The position numbers and the translations under genes were made by a program. A stretch of DNA of 32,385 bases from Licmophora abbreviata (lineage: Eukaryota): NCBI GenBank assembly GCA_900291995.1, contig OLMU01003354.1, positions 1 to 32,385 of the forward strand, in the 5' to 3' direction. The notes under the pieces are model-generated. The model saw only the letters and a list, made by a program, of their open reading frames with translations. It had not been told where the DNA came from and did not search any database. Within the stretch, counting starts at the first letter, position 1; each line of letters begins with the position of its first letter. Shown here piece after piece: positions 21,274-31,885 of this stretch.

Positions 21274-22263
21274 ATGGGCCATCATCACCAGTATCCGGAG
21301 CACCACACCGGTTACTCCTCTCCTCTCTCAACTGTCGCTGACCAATCATCGACGTCACCTTCCGAATATGTCTCTTTTTTCTGTGGCTTCCTTGCCGGAG
21401 TCGCTCAGGCTGGTCTGTTCAACCCCTACGACCGTGCGTTGTACCTAAGCGTCAAGCACAAGCGACGATTCCTTGAGGCAGCCAATTTTCGCACCCCATA
21501 CCAAGGGTTTCTACAGTCAGTGGGCGGAAGAGCCCTATCAGGGGGACTGTAAGTAAACTGTTTTGATTCGAGAGACATTTTGATTCAAGACGTGTCATAT
21601 GGTGGCGCGGGTCCTGCGTGTGCTTACACGACGCATTCTGCCCTCTCCCTCAGCTACTACCCTCTGGAGAACTTGTTTTGCAGCTGCGTACCAGACAGCG
21701 GAGGCCCATGGACAAAATTTGTAGCGGGGACTGCTGCTGGTGCCATGAATGCTCTTTTATTGAATCCTCTCTCTGCCCTCAAATACAAGACTTGGGGACG
21801 AGATGTAAGCCGTGGTATGAGGAAGGAAGCGCTCGACATGTACAATAAAGCCGGTCTTCGACCATTCTCCAACGGTCTTCATCCCACACTAGTGCGGGAT
21901 GTAGTGTTTGGGGGATGTTACACGTATCTGCGATATAAATGGCGACGAGACGACCATTCACTTGTCTGGGTCAGTGACATGGGGGCGGCGACGGTCGCGA
22001 CGATCGTGAGCGGACCCTTCAATTTGGCTCGCAATGTCCAGTACGCAACGCGTTCTCGCAAGGTAGCACCAACAATAAGGCACGTACTACGAAAGTTGGT
22101 GTATGATGTGTCGACGAAAGAGACAGGGTACGCAAAGTGGCGTCACGTGCAGAGTCGACTACGTATAGGTTGGGGGACCGCACGAGTCGCAGTCGGTATG
22201 GCGTTTGGACAGCTCCTGTACGACAGCTGTATGGATATCTTTCAGGTGGAAGATCCATTATGA
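21274..22263 (+). CDS. Divergent mitochondrial carrier (SLC25) family protein (2 exons, 294 aa)
   Basis: Three repeats with Pro-kink signatures NPYDRALY, NPLSALKY and GPFNLARN; PYQGF and GLHPTLVRDVVFGGCY; intron 21549-21653 (GTAAGT...CAG, phase 2). Confidence 0.85.
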
Positions 22264-22344
22264 CCTTGGCCTTGCCGTAATAAAAGCGACGCATAGAGTT
22301 CAGAATAACTTTCACGCTATCGTAATGCCATAGTAGGTCACTGC

Positions 22345-23127
22345 CTATACCAACAACACGGCATTGACACAACCGTCGAGCTCCGGGTTGTTTGTGACTT
22401 GGGCCATCTTACCCCACGCAACCTTTCCTGATGTGGTCACGAGTCCTAGATCACTCACGTTGACTTCGAGGATGGTGCCCTTCGTCATCACTCCCAAATT
22501 CGTGTAGAGTTGCGAGCTAGGATTCTTCTTGACTCCAAGTATATCCAGCTGGAAGCTTGCTTTCAGTTCTGGATGAGTCACGTTCGCCTTCTTCATACGT
22601 AGTCCCGTCGGGCGGATGAAGCGTTCGTACTTCGGTGCTTTGCGCGTAAAGTTGTCTCCCACAAATGTACACTTGGTCACAACACGCTTCCACGCCTTGG
22701 ATTTCTTCGATCCCGTCCTCATAACTCGAAACATTTCATCGTCTGCCACAGGCTTGACTTTGGGAATGGGAACTTCCCATCTGCCAGCCTTTTCTTTGCG
22801 CTTTTGTTTGACTGTATTACTCAAAACCTTTGCCCGACTGACGCCCTCCCGATCCAGCAAGTACGCAGGAACTGCACCTTCCGCCACAGCCTCATCGTTC
22901 GCATGCTTGTTGTTACGCTCATTGTGCTGAGAAATCGTCTTGCGCATGGTTGCTTTTTCCTTGAAGCGCCTCTCATTGTACAGCTTGGCACGGATGCCGT
23001 GCACCTTTTGGGAAAACTGCGATCGCTTGTGAACCATGCGCGCTTCCGCCTTGCGCTCGCGCTCTTCGGCATCGAGCCGACGGCCATGCAGCTTGCGATG
23101 CCGCTCCATGTGCTCATGTTGCGGCAT
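22345..23127 (-). CDS. NSA2: Ribosome biogenesis protein NSA2 (260 aa)
   Basis: Runs from [19 protein letters not shown] through [10 protein letters not shown] and [18 protein letters not shown] to [18 protein letters not shown]; typical length. Confidence 0.97.
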   Translation of the reverse strand: MPQHEHMERHRKLHGRRLDAEERERKAEARMVHKRSQFSQKVHGIRAKLYNERRFKEKATMRKTISQHNERNNKHANDEAVAEGAVPAYLLDREGVSRAKVLSNTVKQKRKEKAGRWEVPIPKVKPVADDEMFRVMRTGSKKSKAWKRVVTKCTFVGDNFTRKAPKYERFIRPTGLRMKKANVTHPELKASFQLDILGVKKNPSSQLYTNLGVMTKGTILEVNVSDLGLVTTSGKVAWGKMAQVTNNPELDGCVNAVLLV

Positions 23128-23481
23128 GATGGAAGCGAAATGTATAAAAAGGGACAAGAGGACAGAGGAGGACCGAAAACGGGGCCCAACAACGGCGACA
23201 ACAGCAACGCTAATGAAACCTCTGCTGTTATGTTGTGTTTCTCGTGAGAGTTTGGTTGGTTGTGTGTTTGTGGCTGAAATCGACTATACGCCCCATAACC
23301 TATGTTAAGTCGAGAGAGTCAATTGGGTCGGGGAAGTCGAATCGTGTGCCGTTTGGAACGCGTCCGGCTCGCGCGGCATAGATGCCGAATTTTTCGTCTG
23401 CTTTCTTCTCTCATATTTTTTTCCCGCGCCCTCCTCATTGTTTTCCTTGTCGGTCGCCGCGCTGTCACTATGTTCGCCAAG

Positions 23482-24015
23482 ATGTTGTTCCGTTTCGCTG
23501 CCTTGCCGCTTCTTTTCCTGTCACTGGTCTCGGGAGATGCCGACGAAGACTGGTTCTATGCCTGCTCTGGTGGAAAAGTCAAGGAGGTCGAGCGGATGCT
23601 GAAGGAGCGTCCCAACTACTACCCCCACATAAGCACGCCCGAAGGCGAGACGTGCTTGCACTTGGCGTCCATTCCGGGCGACGAGGACATCACGGAAGCG
23701 GTTTTGAAGCTCGGAGCCAATCCAAATGTTAGGACCAAGTTTCAGGGAGGTCTCCGCATGCATCCATTGAGCTGGAACATCTACGCTGGCCACGTTGAGA
23801 ATGTACGTCTGCTCCTCAAATTCAATGCAAACCCGAATGCGGATGTCGATAGCAGGGAGGGAGGCGATCCTGTCACGATGCTGGACATAATTGAAGAGTT
23901 TCTTGCTGTTAACAAGGAAGACAGGAAGTTCCTCAAGATGCGTGATCTTGTTATTAAATTTGGAGGCAAGAAGTACATGGACCTTACCTTGGCTGAGAAG
24001 TCCCGTATCGTCTAA
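23482..24015 (+). CDS. Signal-peptide ankyrin-repeat protein, copy A (177 aa; alternative ATG 23470)
   Basis: Signal peptide MLFRFAALPLLFLSLVSG; ankyrin motifs GETCLHLA, LGANPN, HPLSWNIYAGHVENVRLLLKFNANPN. Confidence 0.88.
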   Translation: MLFRFAALPLLFLSLVSGDADEDWFYACSGGKVKEVERMLKERPNYYPHISTPEGETCLHLASIPGDEDITEAVLKLGANPNVRTKFQGGLRMHPLSWNIYAGHVENVRLLLKFNANPNADVDSREGGDPVTMLDIIEEFLAVNKEDRKFLKMRDLVIKFGGKKYMDLTLAEKSRIV

Positions 24016-24447
24016 ATGGCGCGATCCATGTTTATTAATCCTAGTTTGTCCTGGAGTGATTCATTCAGCGGTTGTAGCATGCACTATGACCGTGATACGA
24101 TCGAACGAGAGGCAGGACGAGTTCTAGAAGGCGTGAGACAAGCAGCAAGAAGCATTCCTACCGGGAAAGTAAACGTTAGGTTGGTGTGTCCGTTCCTAGA
24201 ACATGACCATCTTCACGTTCCATAAGGCCGTAAGAACGATGGTTGTAGAGTGATTCTCTTCTTTAGACTAAAATATAAGTATGTGTAGCCCCCAATCCCG
24301 CCAAGCAAGGGGCGGGTTTTCTTTGTTCTTACGATTAAGGCGCGTGCCGCGCGGTCTAAAGCCGCCGACAGCCGTCGTCGCCGTCGCCGCCGCAAGAACA
24401 AACTCATTCATTTTTCACGGTCGTCGCTGCCATTTTGTTTGACTAAA

Positions 24448-24981
24448 ATGTTGTTCCGTTCCGCTGCCTTGCCGCTTCTTTTCCTTTCGTTGGTCTCTGG
24501 TGATGCCGATGAAGACTGGTTCTTCGCTTGCTCCGGTGGAAAAATCAAGGAGGTCGATCAGATGCTGAAGGAGCGTCCAGACTACTACCCTCACATTACT
24601 ACTCCCGAAGGCGAGTCGTGCTTGCATCTAGCCTCCATTCCGGGCGATGCGGACGTCACGGAAGCGGTCTTGGAGCTCGGAGCCAATCCAAATGTCAGGA
24701 CCAAGTTTCAGGGAGGTCTTCGCATGCACCCGTTGAGCTGGAACATTTACGCTGGCCACGTCGAGAATGTGCGCTTGTTGCTCAAATTTGGAGCCAACCC
24801 CAACGCAGATGTCGACAGCAAGGAGGGCGGCGATCCTGTGACGATGCTGGACATTATTGATGAGTACCTCGCGGTCAACAAGGAAGACAGGAAGTTCCTC
24901 AAGATGCGTGATCTTGTGCTTAAATTTGGAGGCAAGAAGTACATGGACCTCACATTGGCAGACAAGTCTCGTATCGTCTGA
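24448..24981 (+). CDS. Signal-peptide ankyrin-repeat protein, copy B (177 aa)
   Basis: Tandem paralog of 23482-24015 with a 966 bp offset, no indels and 17 aa differences by hand count. Confidence 0.88.
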   Translation: MLFRSAALPLLFLSLVSGDADEDWFFACSGGKIKEVDQMLKERPDYYPHITTPEGESCLHLASIPGDADVTEAVLELGANPNVRTKFQGGLRMHPLSWNIYAGHVENVRLLLKFGANPNADVDSKEGGDPVTMLDIIDEYLAVNKEDRKFLKMRDLVLKFGGKKYMDLTLADKSRIV

Positions 24982-25279
24982 ACCGCGCGACGATTCTTTC
25001 GTTGGTCCCTCCGCTCCTGAACCGGAGCTAGGTGTGTCGCGATGAAAGGACTTCGCCCAGTGTTACTAGATCTTATTAACCCGTGTTAAGAAAGAGCAAA
25101 GCGCAGTATATCTTAGCAGCAGTACAAGGTTGTCGCGCCCATTTCGTGAAGCCACAATTTGAGCAGTGATCTCTCCACGTGTGCTACAGCCCACCGCGAG
25201 GTCTATAGTAGACTGTGTAGTAAAGAATCTGACCTACCAATTGTTACAAACTACTTTTGACCTGTCTGAAAAGAGGGTC

Positions 25280-26458
25280 TCAATACGAAGGCATGTCATG
25301 AGATTGGCGCTTTCTGTATCGAATCACTGGAACGACCACGGCGAAGTACAGCAACGCAAACGGAATCGCCCATGCCGCCGCATACACGACCGTGTCGCCT
25401 AGGAACTCGCAGAATGCCCCCATGTGGTACCACGCCAACTTGGCCGTCGTTGCTGGAGTCCACCACATGGAACTCTCGTCCACGGCCTGTTTCGGGGACG
25501 TTTCTTGCAAATGCACCGACAATGAACTCAGCTCAGCTTGCGACTTGAGATTCAATGCCCGGCTCTTTTGACTTTCAAACTGTTGCGTCAAGCGATTCAA
25601 CTCACGCTGGACATTCATAATGTCGTTGACGTTCTGGGCCTTTTCCAGCAGCAGACGCAGCGCAGTGCGACTAGCATCCAACGTGTCGGCACGCGACGTG
25701 GCGTCGACATAGCTATCCGTGACGTCCCTCGAATTCAGCGACACAGCCTGTACCATATCGTCTCCCACAAGCGCTTGAATGCTCGAGACAACTTCAGCAA
25801 AGTCCTCACTCGCGATCCGGAGCTGCAAGTCCATGGAAAGCAACTTGTTCTCTTCTGTGCCCATATTGTAAGAAGAACGACTTTCAACATATCCACGAGA
25901 GCCCCGATCCACCAGCGCTTCCACCTTGTCAACGATACTGAGAAGATCGCCTTTCCATGTGAGCAGAGACACATGGCCGCTGTGGACTAACATGCGTTGT
26001 ACCTTCGCGGCGGTCTCGTCTTGCTTGTCATGAAGTTTCTGAACGTTTTCATCCCACACCTTGAGCATATCACTTCCCATGGAAGATGTTCCATGTCGAA
26101 CACCTCCGTCTGATTCCATTTGAGCTCGCATAACTTGCGGTTCCTCCATTTCCATCATGTCAGCATCCTCCACCGCCTCTTCCGACATCATGGCCATCAT
26201 CGTTTCAGGCATCGCAGCACGCGATGACGCCCCCGACCTATGCTTCATCCGTTTTTCACGACGTCCTCCGCTTCCAGAAAAGTCTTCTCCAAAGGTTTCT
26301 TGAATTTGTGTGCCCCGCACCACAATGGACGAGGCAACGAGCAAAAGACACAAGAGAATCTTCATCAGCACGATTGGGGCCACGGTGGATACTCTGTTTT
26401 TCGACTTGTTGCTTGTCTGCTTCGTTCTCGCCTTATTTTCGTTGGAGTCCGAAGACAT
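25280..26458 (-). CDS. DUF4349-domain membrane protein (start 26458 or 26365)
   Basis: Intronless; N-terminal hydrophobic segment; acidic/Met-rich linker; RMLVHSG...GYVESRS...LRI...DVTDSYVD...LLEKA..VNDIMNVQRELNRL coiled-coil pattern typical of DUF4349; C-terminal TM helix. Confidence 0.8.
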   Translation of the reverse strand: MSSDSNENKARTKQTSNKSKNRVSTVAPIVLMKILLCLLLVASSIVVRGTQIQETFGEDFSGSGGRREKRMKHRSGASSRAAMPETMMAMMSEEAVEDADMMEMEEPQVMRAQMESDGGVRHGTSSMGSDMLKVWDENVQKLHDKQDETAAKVQRMLVHSGHVSLLTWKGDLLSIVDKVEALVDRGSRGYVESRSSYNMGTEENKLLSMDLQLRIASEDFAEVVSSIQALVGDDMVQAVSLNSRDVTDSYVDATSRADTLDASRTALRLLLEKAQNVNDIMNVQRELNRLTQQFESQKSRALNLKSQAELSSLSVHLQETSPKQAVDESSMWWTPATTAKLAWYHMGAFCEFLGDTVVYAAAWAIPFALLYFAVVVPVIRYRKRQSHDMPSY

Positions 26459-26566
26459 GCTGGGGGCGGCACAGGTGATGGGGAGCAAATGAAGGCAGTG
26501 TTTTCAATCAAACGGACTGCTTGTTTGAGGCCATGGCTGCCACGGGTCTTTTGCCTTCGTTGATGT

Positions 26567-26581
26567 GAATCGAATCGAATC
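26567..26581. repeat. (GAATC)3 in a divergent promoter region
   Basis: gaatcgaatcgaatc read directly. Confidence 0.6.
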
Positions 26582-26705
26582 GTGACCGTCCGCGAGCTCT
26601 TCTCGGGTTTAGCCTCAAGCTGACCGCGCGGATAGAATCTTTCTCGACCACACCACGGCTACTGATGTGGTCTGTAGGAGCCAAATATAGACTAAACTGT
26701 CGACC

Positions 26706-27358
26706 ATGGTGCTCTTTTTGCTGTCCATCAAGGCCGATTTGGAGGGAGTTGGGTATGTTTGAGAGCAGACGTGCGAAACGTCAAGAAATTTCGACTCAAT
26801 GCGTTCATTTTTGACTCATATAGCGTACCACCGTGTGTTCACCCATTTCAAATTTCCTCGTCCTGCAGCAAACTGACGGTGAACAAGTCCTCAAATATTT
26901 GCATTTCAGTTCGCAATCCCCTCTCGGACTATGAGATAAGAGAAAAAGTTATTTTCAGCTTAACAGAGACAGTCGACCAAGATGAAAGCTCACGTGAACC
27001 ACCGCATCAGTTTGAGTTGAAATGGGAGGGCAATAAAAAGCAATCGGTTCTGAATGTGTTGGACCCGGCCGCCGCCAAGGCAGCACTGAAGAAGAAAAAG
27101 TACAAGGTGTCTCCGGTGAAAGAGGCGTATGAAAACGAGGATAGTGGGATCTATGTATCTATATTAGCTTTTGAATGCCGCGGTATGGAGCCGTATGCGT
27201 TCCATGCTCTGGGCGATGAATTCATAGTGGAGAGTGAAGGTGGAACAGTGTTTGAGGAAGATGTCGATCTGAGTGACGGAGATTGGGCTGACTATGACGA
27301 AGAAAACGATCTAGCTGTGTCCATATCTGAGTTTGAGGCCAAATTTGAGTCCATTTGA
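26706..27358 (+). CDS. CZIB/UPF0587 (DUF866) homolog (2 exons, 178 aa)
   Basis: Exon 1 26706-26752 MVLFLLSIKADLEGV; intron 26753-26868 (GTATGT...CAG, phase 2); FECRGMEP, SEGGTVFEEDVDLSDGDWADYDEENDLAVSI. Confidence 0.85.
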
Positions 27359-27364
27359 GGTGGA

Positions 27365-29851
27365 TCAATCCTTATAGAAATTCGGTGCCATTTCGTGCAA
27401 CCACTCTGCTCGTACCTGGGTCACACCTCGAATGTATGTCTTTTTCGTGGTCAATAGTTCCGTATATACAACACACTTGGGCGCTGGATTGCGTCCAAAC
27501 ATGGTCGAAGTTGGATGAACGGACACTTCACGATGTCCCACCTTGGTTCGATATCGTCCCCGCGACGAAGTGAGAGTCCCCGACCGGCCACGCGCATCCA
27601 CTTCGACGGTTGCTTTGACACGAGACGCTACCTGTAGAAACAGACCTGAACAAGCGCACTTATAGAAAAGCTCCATCTCTTGACCACATGATGTTTTTAC
27701 GTCCATCCCGAGCCCATGCTTCTCGACAGGTCGCCCGCAGATCTCCTCCAGCTGACGTCGGATATCGTAAGCTCGTGCCAGAGATCGGCCGCTCACAAAG
27801 TTCAGTGTACACCAATCGCCGTGAAGTAGTCTCCCCGAGCTGTCGGTCTTTTGTCGTTTCCTCTGTGCCTTACGCCCTCCCTGACCTGGTGGGATGTAGA
27901 TGGCCTCTCGCCGCCATGCTTGATAGACCGCCAGTACTGTCGGTAGGTCCCCTTCGTGACATGCGAACCGCTTATGCGCCGATGCCGCTTTGGCCGCTAC
28001 ACCTCCCTCTCCCCCAGGCCGGTAGAAGACGTTTTCGGTGCTGAGCATCGACACTGCCGTCAGTATCTCCGAGACGCAATCATACTTGGCGCTTTGGAGC
28101 AGTAAATGAGCAAAGACCGGGTCAAGCGGAAGCAGCGCCAGTTTCTTGCCGTAGTGGGTCAGGTTCATTTCGTCGTCAAAAGCACCCAGAGCGTAGAGTA
28201 GCTCAAAGGCCTTCAAGAGACTTTGATGGCTCGGTGGGGTTAGAAAGTCAAAAGTTCGAGGATCGTGTACGCCCAGCGCTTTGAGCTGCAACACGACCTG
28301 TGCCAGATTGACACGTTGAATCTCAGGGACGGCCACTTCGGCGAGGACGTCATAGGCATCCTCCGTGTACAGCCGGAAGCACACCCCCGACGACACACGA
28401 CCTGCACGACCAGTGCGCTGTGTCGCCTGAGCTCTGCTTATATCATGGACGGTCAGACTTTCCATTCCTGTAGCACTGCTGAAGTCACGTGTCTTGTGCT
28501 TGCCACAGTCTACAACATATCGAATTCCTTCAAGAGTCACCGATGTCTCGGCAATGTTGGTCGCCAAGATAATCTTGCGTTTACACCCTTCAGGTTTCGG
28601 CTGAAAGGCAAACATCTGTGCTTCTGGTGGCAACGCTGCATACAAAACACAGACCAGAACGCCGTTGACAATGTTGGACACGGAATTTCCTGAGAGTATG
28701 TCAGTTCCCATGCCTTTCACCGACTGAACAATGTCCTTATTCTCTGGTGTCGATAGTATGGATCGCCCCACGTCCTCGGCTTCCTTCAGATGTGTTCTCA
28801 GTAGCGACGCGAGATCTTCTATCTCTTCCTGTCCAGGCAAGAAAATGAGGACATCGCCTTCATCCGCGTCCGCATGAATCTGAAGCGCAGTCGAAAGAGC
28901 TCCATCAATGTAATCCTCTTGCGGTTCTCTCGTGTAGACGACTTGAACATCAAATTGACGACCCGGAATCTTGATGACAGCGGCCTCTGGGAAGAATTGC
29001 TTGAAAGTTTCGACCTCCAGAGTAGCCGACATGACCACGACACGAAGAGGAGGCAAACCCAAGAGTTTCGCCTTTTGCCGCATCTTCCTTCGTATCAGGT
29101 GATCTTTTGACTCGCTCTCTTGCTTCTCCTCACTAGAATCATGACTTAACACGCTGAGCCTCCTCCTCGCTTCCATGGCACGCTTGACAACACCAAAGAG
29201 GACATCCGTTTGCAACGAGCGCTCGTGCGCTTCATCCAGTACGACCACACCATAGCGTCGCAGCAGAGCATCGGACGTGGCTTCCCGCAACAACATTCCA
29301 TCCGTCTCATAGAGGATTCTCGTGGAGGCAGCATCACTGCAGTCATCGAACCGAACACGGTATCCCACCACTGTTCCAAGCAAGCACCCGACCTCTTCAC
29401 TCACGCGTCGCGCCACCGTCATGGCTGCGACTCGGCGTGGCTGCGTCACGGCAATGGTCCGAGCGAGCTTGTGGTGATGACCGGAAGCAGTCTTTTTGGG
29501 CCGCTTGAGCAATCCACACTCATAGAGATAGGCTGGAATCTGTGTAGACTTCCCGCTACCCTACGTCGCAATGAGAGGAGGGAAAGTGGAGATTTAGAGG
29601 GCGAAACTGACTTCGACACCACAGCACTTTTGCGAACTCACGGTTTCGGCTAAAACTAAGACGACATCGTTTCTGGACACCAAATCACAAATATCCTGTC
29701 GGCGCTGGTAGACAGGGAGCTTCTTTCGAGTCACAGAATGCTTTTGCTTGAGCCTTTGCTGTAGACTCGGGGTGTGCGGCGGCGCGGTAGCAGGAGACCG
29801 ATGATGCGTGCCTCCTAGTCCTGAATCTCGCCTCTGGCGCTTCTTTTCCAT
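27365..29851 (-). CDS. DEAH-box RNA helicase, DHX33/Dhr2-like (2 exons, 801 aa)
   Basis: RKKLPV; Walker A AETGSGKST restored across intron 29561-29641; TQPRRVAA, DEAH, MSAT, FLPGQEEIE, ATNIAETSVT and QRTGRAGR; HA2 and OB regions. The short N-terminus favours DHX33. Confidence 0.9.
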
Positions 29852-30311
29852 TGAACAGTCTTTCTATCAGTCGCAAGAGGCATAGGCATGCAGACTTGGA
29901 TCGTCCGACGAAAGACGGAGAAAGGTGAGGCGCTAGTGATGATGATGATCCATCAAGAAGTTGACGATGCTGTGTGGTGTGTTGGGACATCAAGCGCGGC
30001 GCGGCGACATCGGCGTCGGTCTGGTCGTCGGCTCGTCGGCCCATACTGTCGGTTAGCGCCGCTGCGCCCCTCTCATGTCATGAGTTCACCCCTTGGTCCG
30101 GTTTAAGTCCTGCTGTTGGTATCTGATGTTATACCATGTCGAATGTGATTCTGTTGTTGGATATAAGTCGTCAAGGAAGACGTTCGGCAATTCTGCTGGA
30201 CTCTCTACACTTTCAAAAGCCCGAGGCAACGAACTGCAGGCAATTCGTCAATACTATTGTTCTAGCAAGTTAGCGTAGCAGACGCCAAGCAACAATGCCC
30301 ATAGCTCAGGA

Positions 30312-31803
30312 TTACTCCGGCTCTTCACCATTCTGACTCTCCGCTGCCGTGTCGCCCGCTTGCCGTAAGTCCGCAAACGCCCCCAGAAGGCAGGCAGTCA
30401 TGATGAAGGCACCACCGACATACGAGGTACTATTGAGCCTTTCTTGGAGAAGCCAAGCACCAAAGAGGGACGCCCACACTGGCTCACTGGAAAATGTCAG
30501 CGCAGCTTCGGTTGCTGATGCGGTCTCCAGAGCAATCCCTTCGAGAAATATGGCAACGACAGTAGTCATGATGCCCGTCCAAGCAATGGCAGCGACGCGG
30601 TGAGGCTCCGACTAGAATGAAAAGAGGATAGCGGAAACAACAGATTAGAAAGTAGAACGAAGGACAAAATAACCCGTCATGGTTTTTGCTACTCACCATG
30701 TATCCAAAATCTGGTAATGTCCAGTTGTAATCATATAGTACCCACAAGAGACCAATAAGACCAACGGCAACGCACTGTGCAGCCGCAATGGTAAGAACGC
30801 GATTCTCCACGTTTTTGAATTTCTCCACATAGTGTTCGATCCGAAGAAAGCTCATTCCAAAACCAAACGGCTGTCCGAGAGCCAACAAATCCCCCTTTCC
30901 TAGTCCGAGCGAGTGCGTAGTAACGCCTAGAGCGCCTCCACTCGCGGCGAGAGTATTTGTCGTCTCCACCACCACTGCGTGATCTGCCACTGCCGGCTGG
31001 ATCCCCAAGATCGAATTGACATCGACCATACCTTCCAAGATACCCACGCCCGTCAGCGCAACAATGCCACTAATGATGTTTGTTTTTGTAATCTTCTTTC
31101 CGTAAAAGAGTGCCGAAATGACGGGTACGATCACAACCGTCAAGCTGCAGATGAAGGCACACTTTCCAGACGGAATTGTTTCGAGCGCCATAGCCTGAGC
31201 AATGTATCCCAGTGTAATCCATAGACCACATTCGAGTCCACCCAGGATAACATCCATCCGTTGATTGAACAAGAGCGGCAAACTCACAAGACCGGCCACA
31301 GAAAAGCGAGCAAAGGCAAACTCACTGGGTGGATGATTGCACGGAGGATGAAAGCACAAGGTTTCGAGATACTTGACAGACGCAAAGTTGGTTCCCCAGA
31401 GAGCCGCAACCAGCAGCAGCAAGCCACGAGCTGCCCAGATATTGATTTGTCCGTTATTTTCCTCTTCCTGGGTCTCCGTCAGTAGTTGATGAACATTCTC
31501 CTCGCCATTGTCGTCGACAATGTGGTGCGCGAGATGCAGAGGATCAAATATTTCTTCTGCGACGATGGCGACTTCCTTGTCCAAGTTGAAGGTGTCATCG
31601 TGCTCTTCGTCTGTCTTCACTTTATCTTCCTCGCTGGTGGGGAGTGGCGCCTGTCGAAAGTGAGGTCGCCGGCGGGACGGCTGATGATGTTGACTCGGTA
31701 GTTGGGAAAGAAGCCGGGGCGTAGGATGTACAAACGCAGTTGTACTCTCAGTAGACAAGCAGATCGCTATGGACAAGAGCAGAAATGTCGTAGGTCGGTC
31801 CAT
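30312..31803 (-). CDS. EamA/DMT-family transporter, probably plastid-targeted (2 exons, 468 aa)
   Basis: LLLVAALWGTNF, ARFSVA, AFICSLTVVIVP, GDLL, EPVWASLFGAWLLQE; intron 30612-30696 (GTGAGT...TAG, phase 0); signal peptide ending TTA-FVH followed by a transit-like segment. Confidence 0.88.
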
Positions 31804-31865
31804 GATGCTGACTCTAAAGGGAGAATAAAAACAAAATTGGGTGTGGAATAATGGTGTCAAGCGAT

Positions 31866-31885
31866 GAATCGAATCGAATCGAATC
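31866..31885. repeat. (GAATC)4 upstream of the EamA gene
   Basis: gaatcgaatcgaatcgaatc read directly. Confidence 0.65.

Noticed and set aside
21100..21306. N-terminal extension of the 584-aa JmjC ORF
   Set aside because: It overlaps the carrier gene start; ATG 21099 gives a sensible presequence.
24121..24130. Heat-shock-element-like gTTCtaGAAg upstream of ankyrin copy B
   Set aside because: Only two pentamers; expected by chance.
22345..29851. Ribosome-biogenesis cluster (NSA2, DHX33-like, plus the nearby RoxA-like gene)
   Set aside because: Interspersed with unrelated genes, different compartments, and no shared motif shown.
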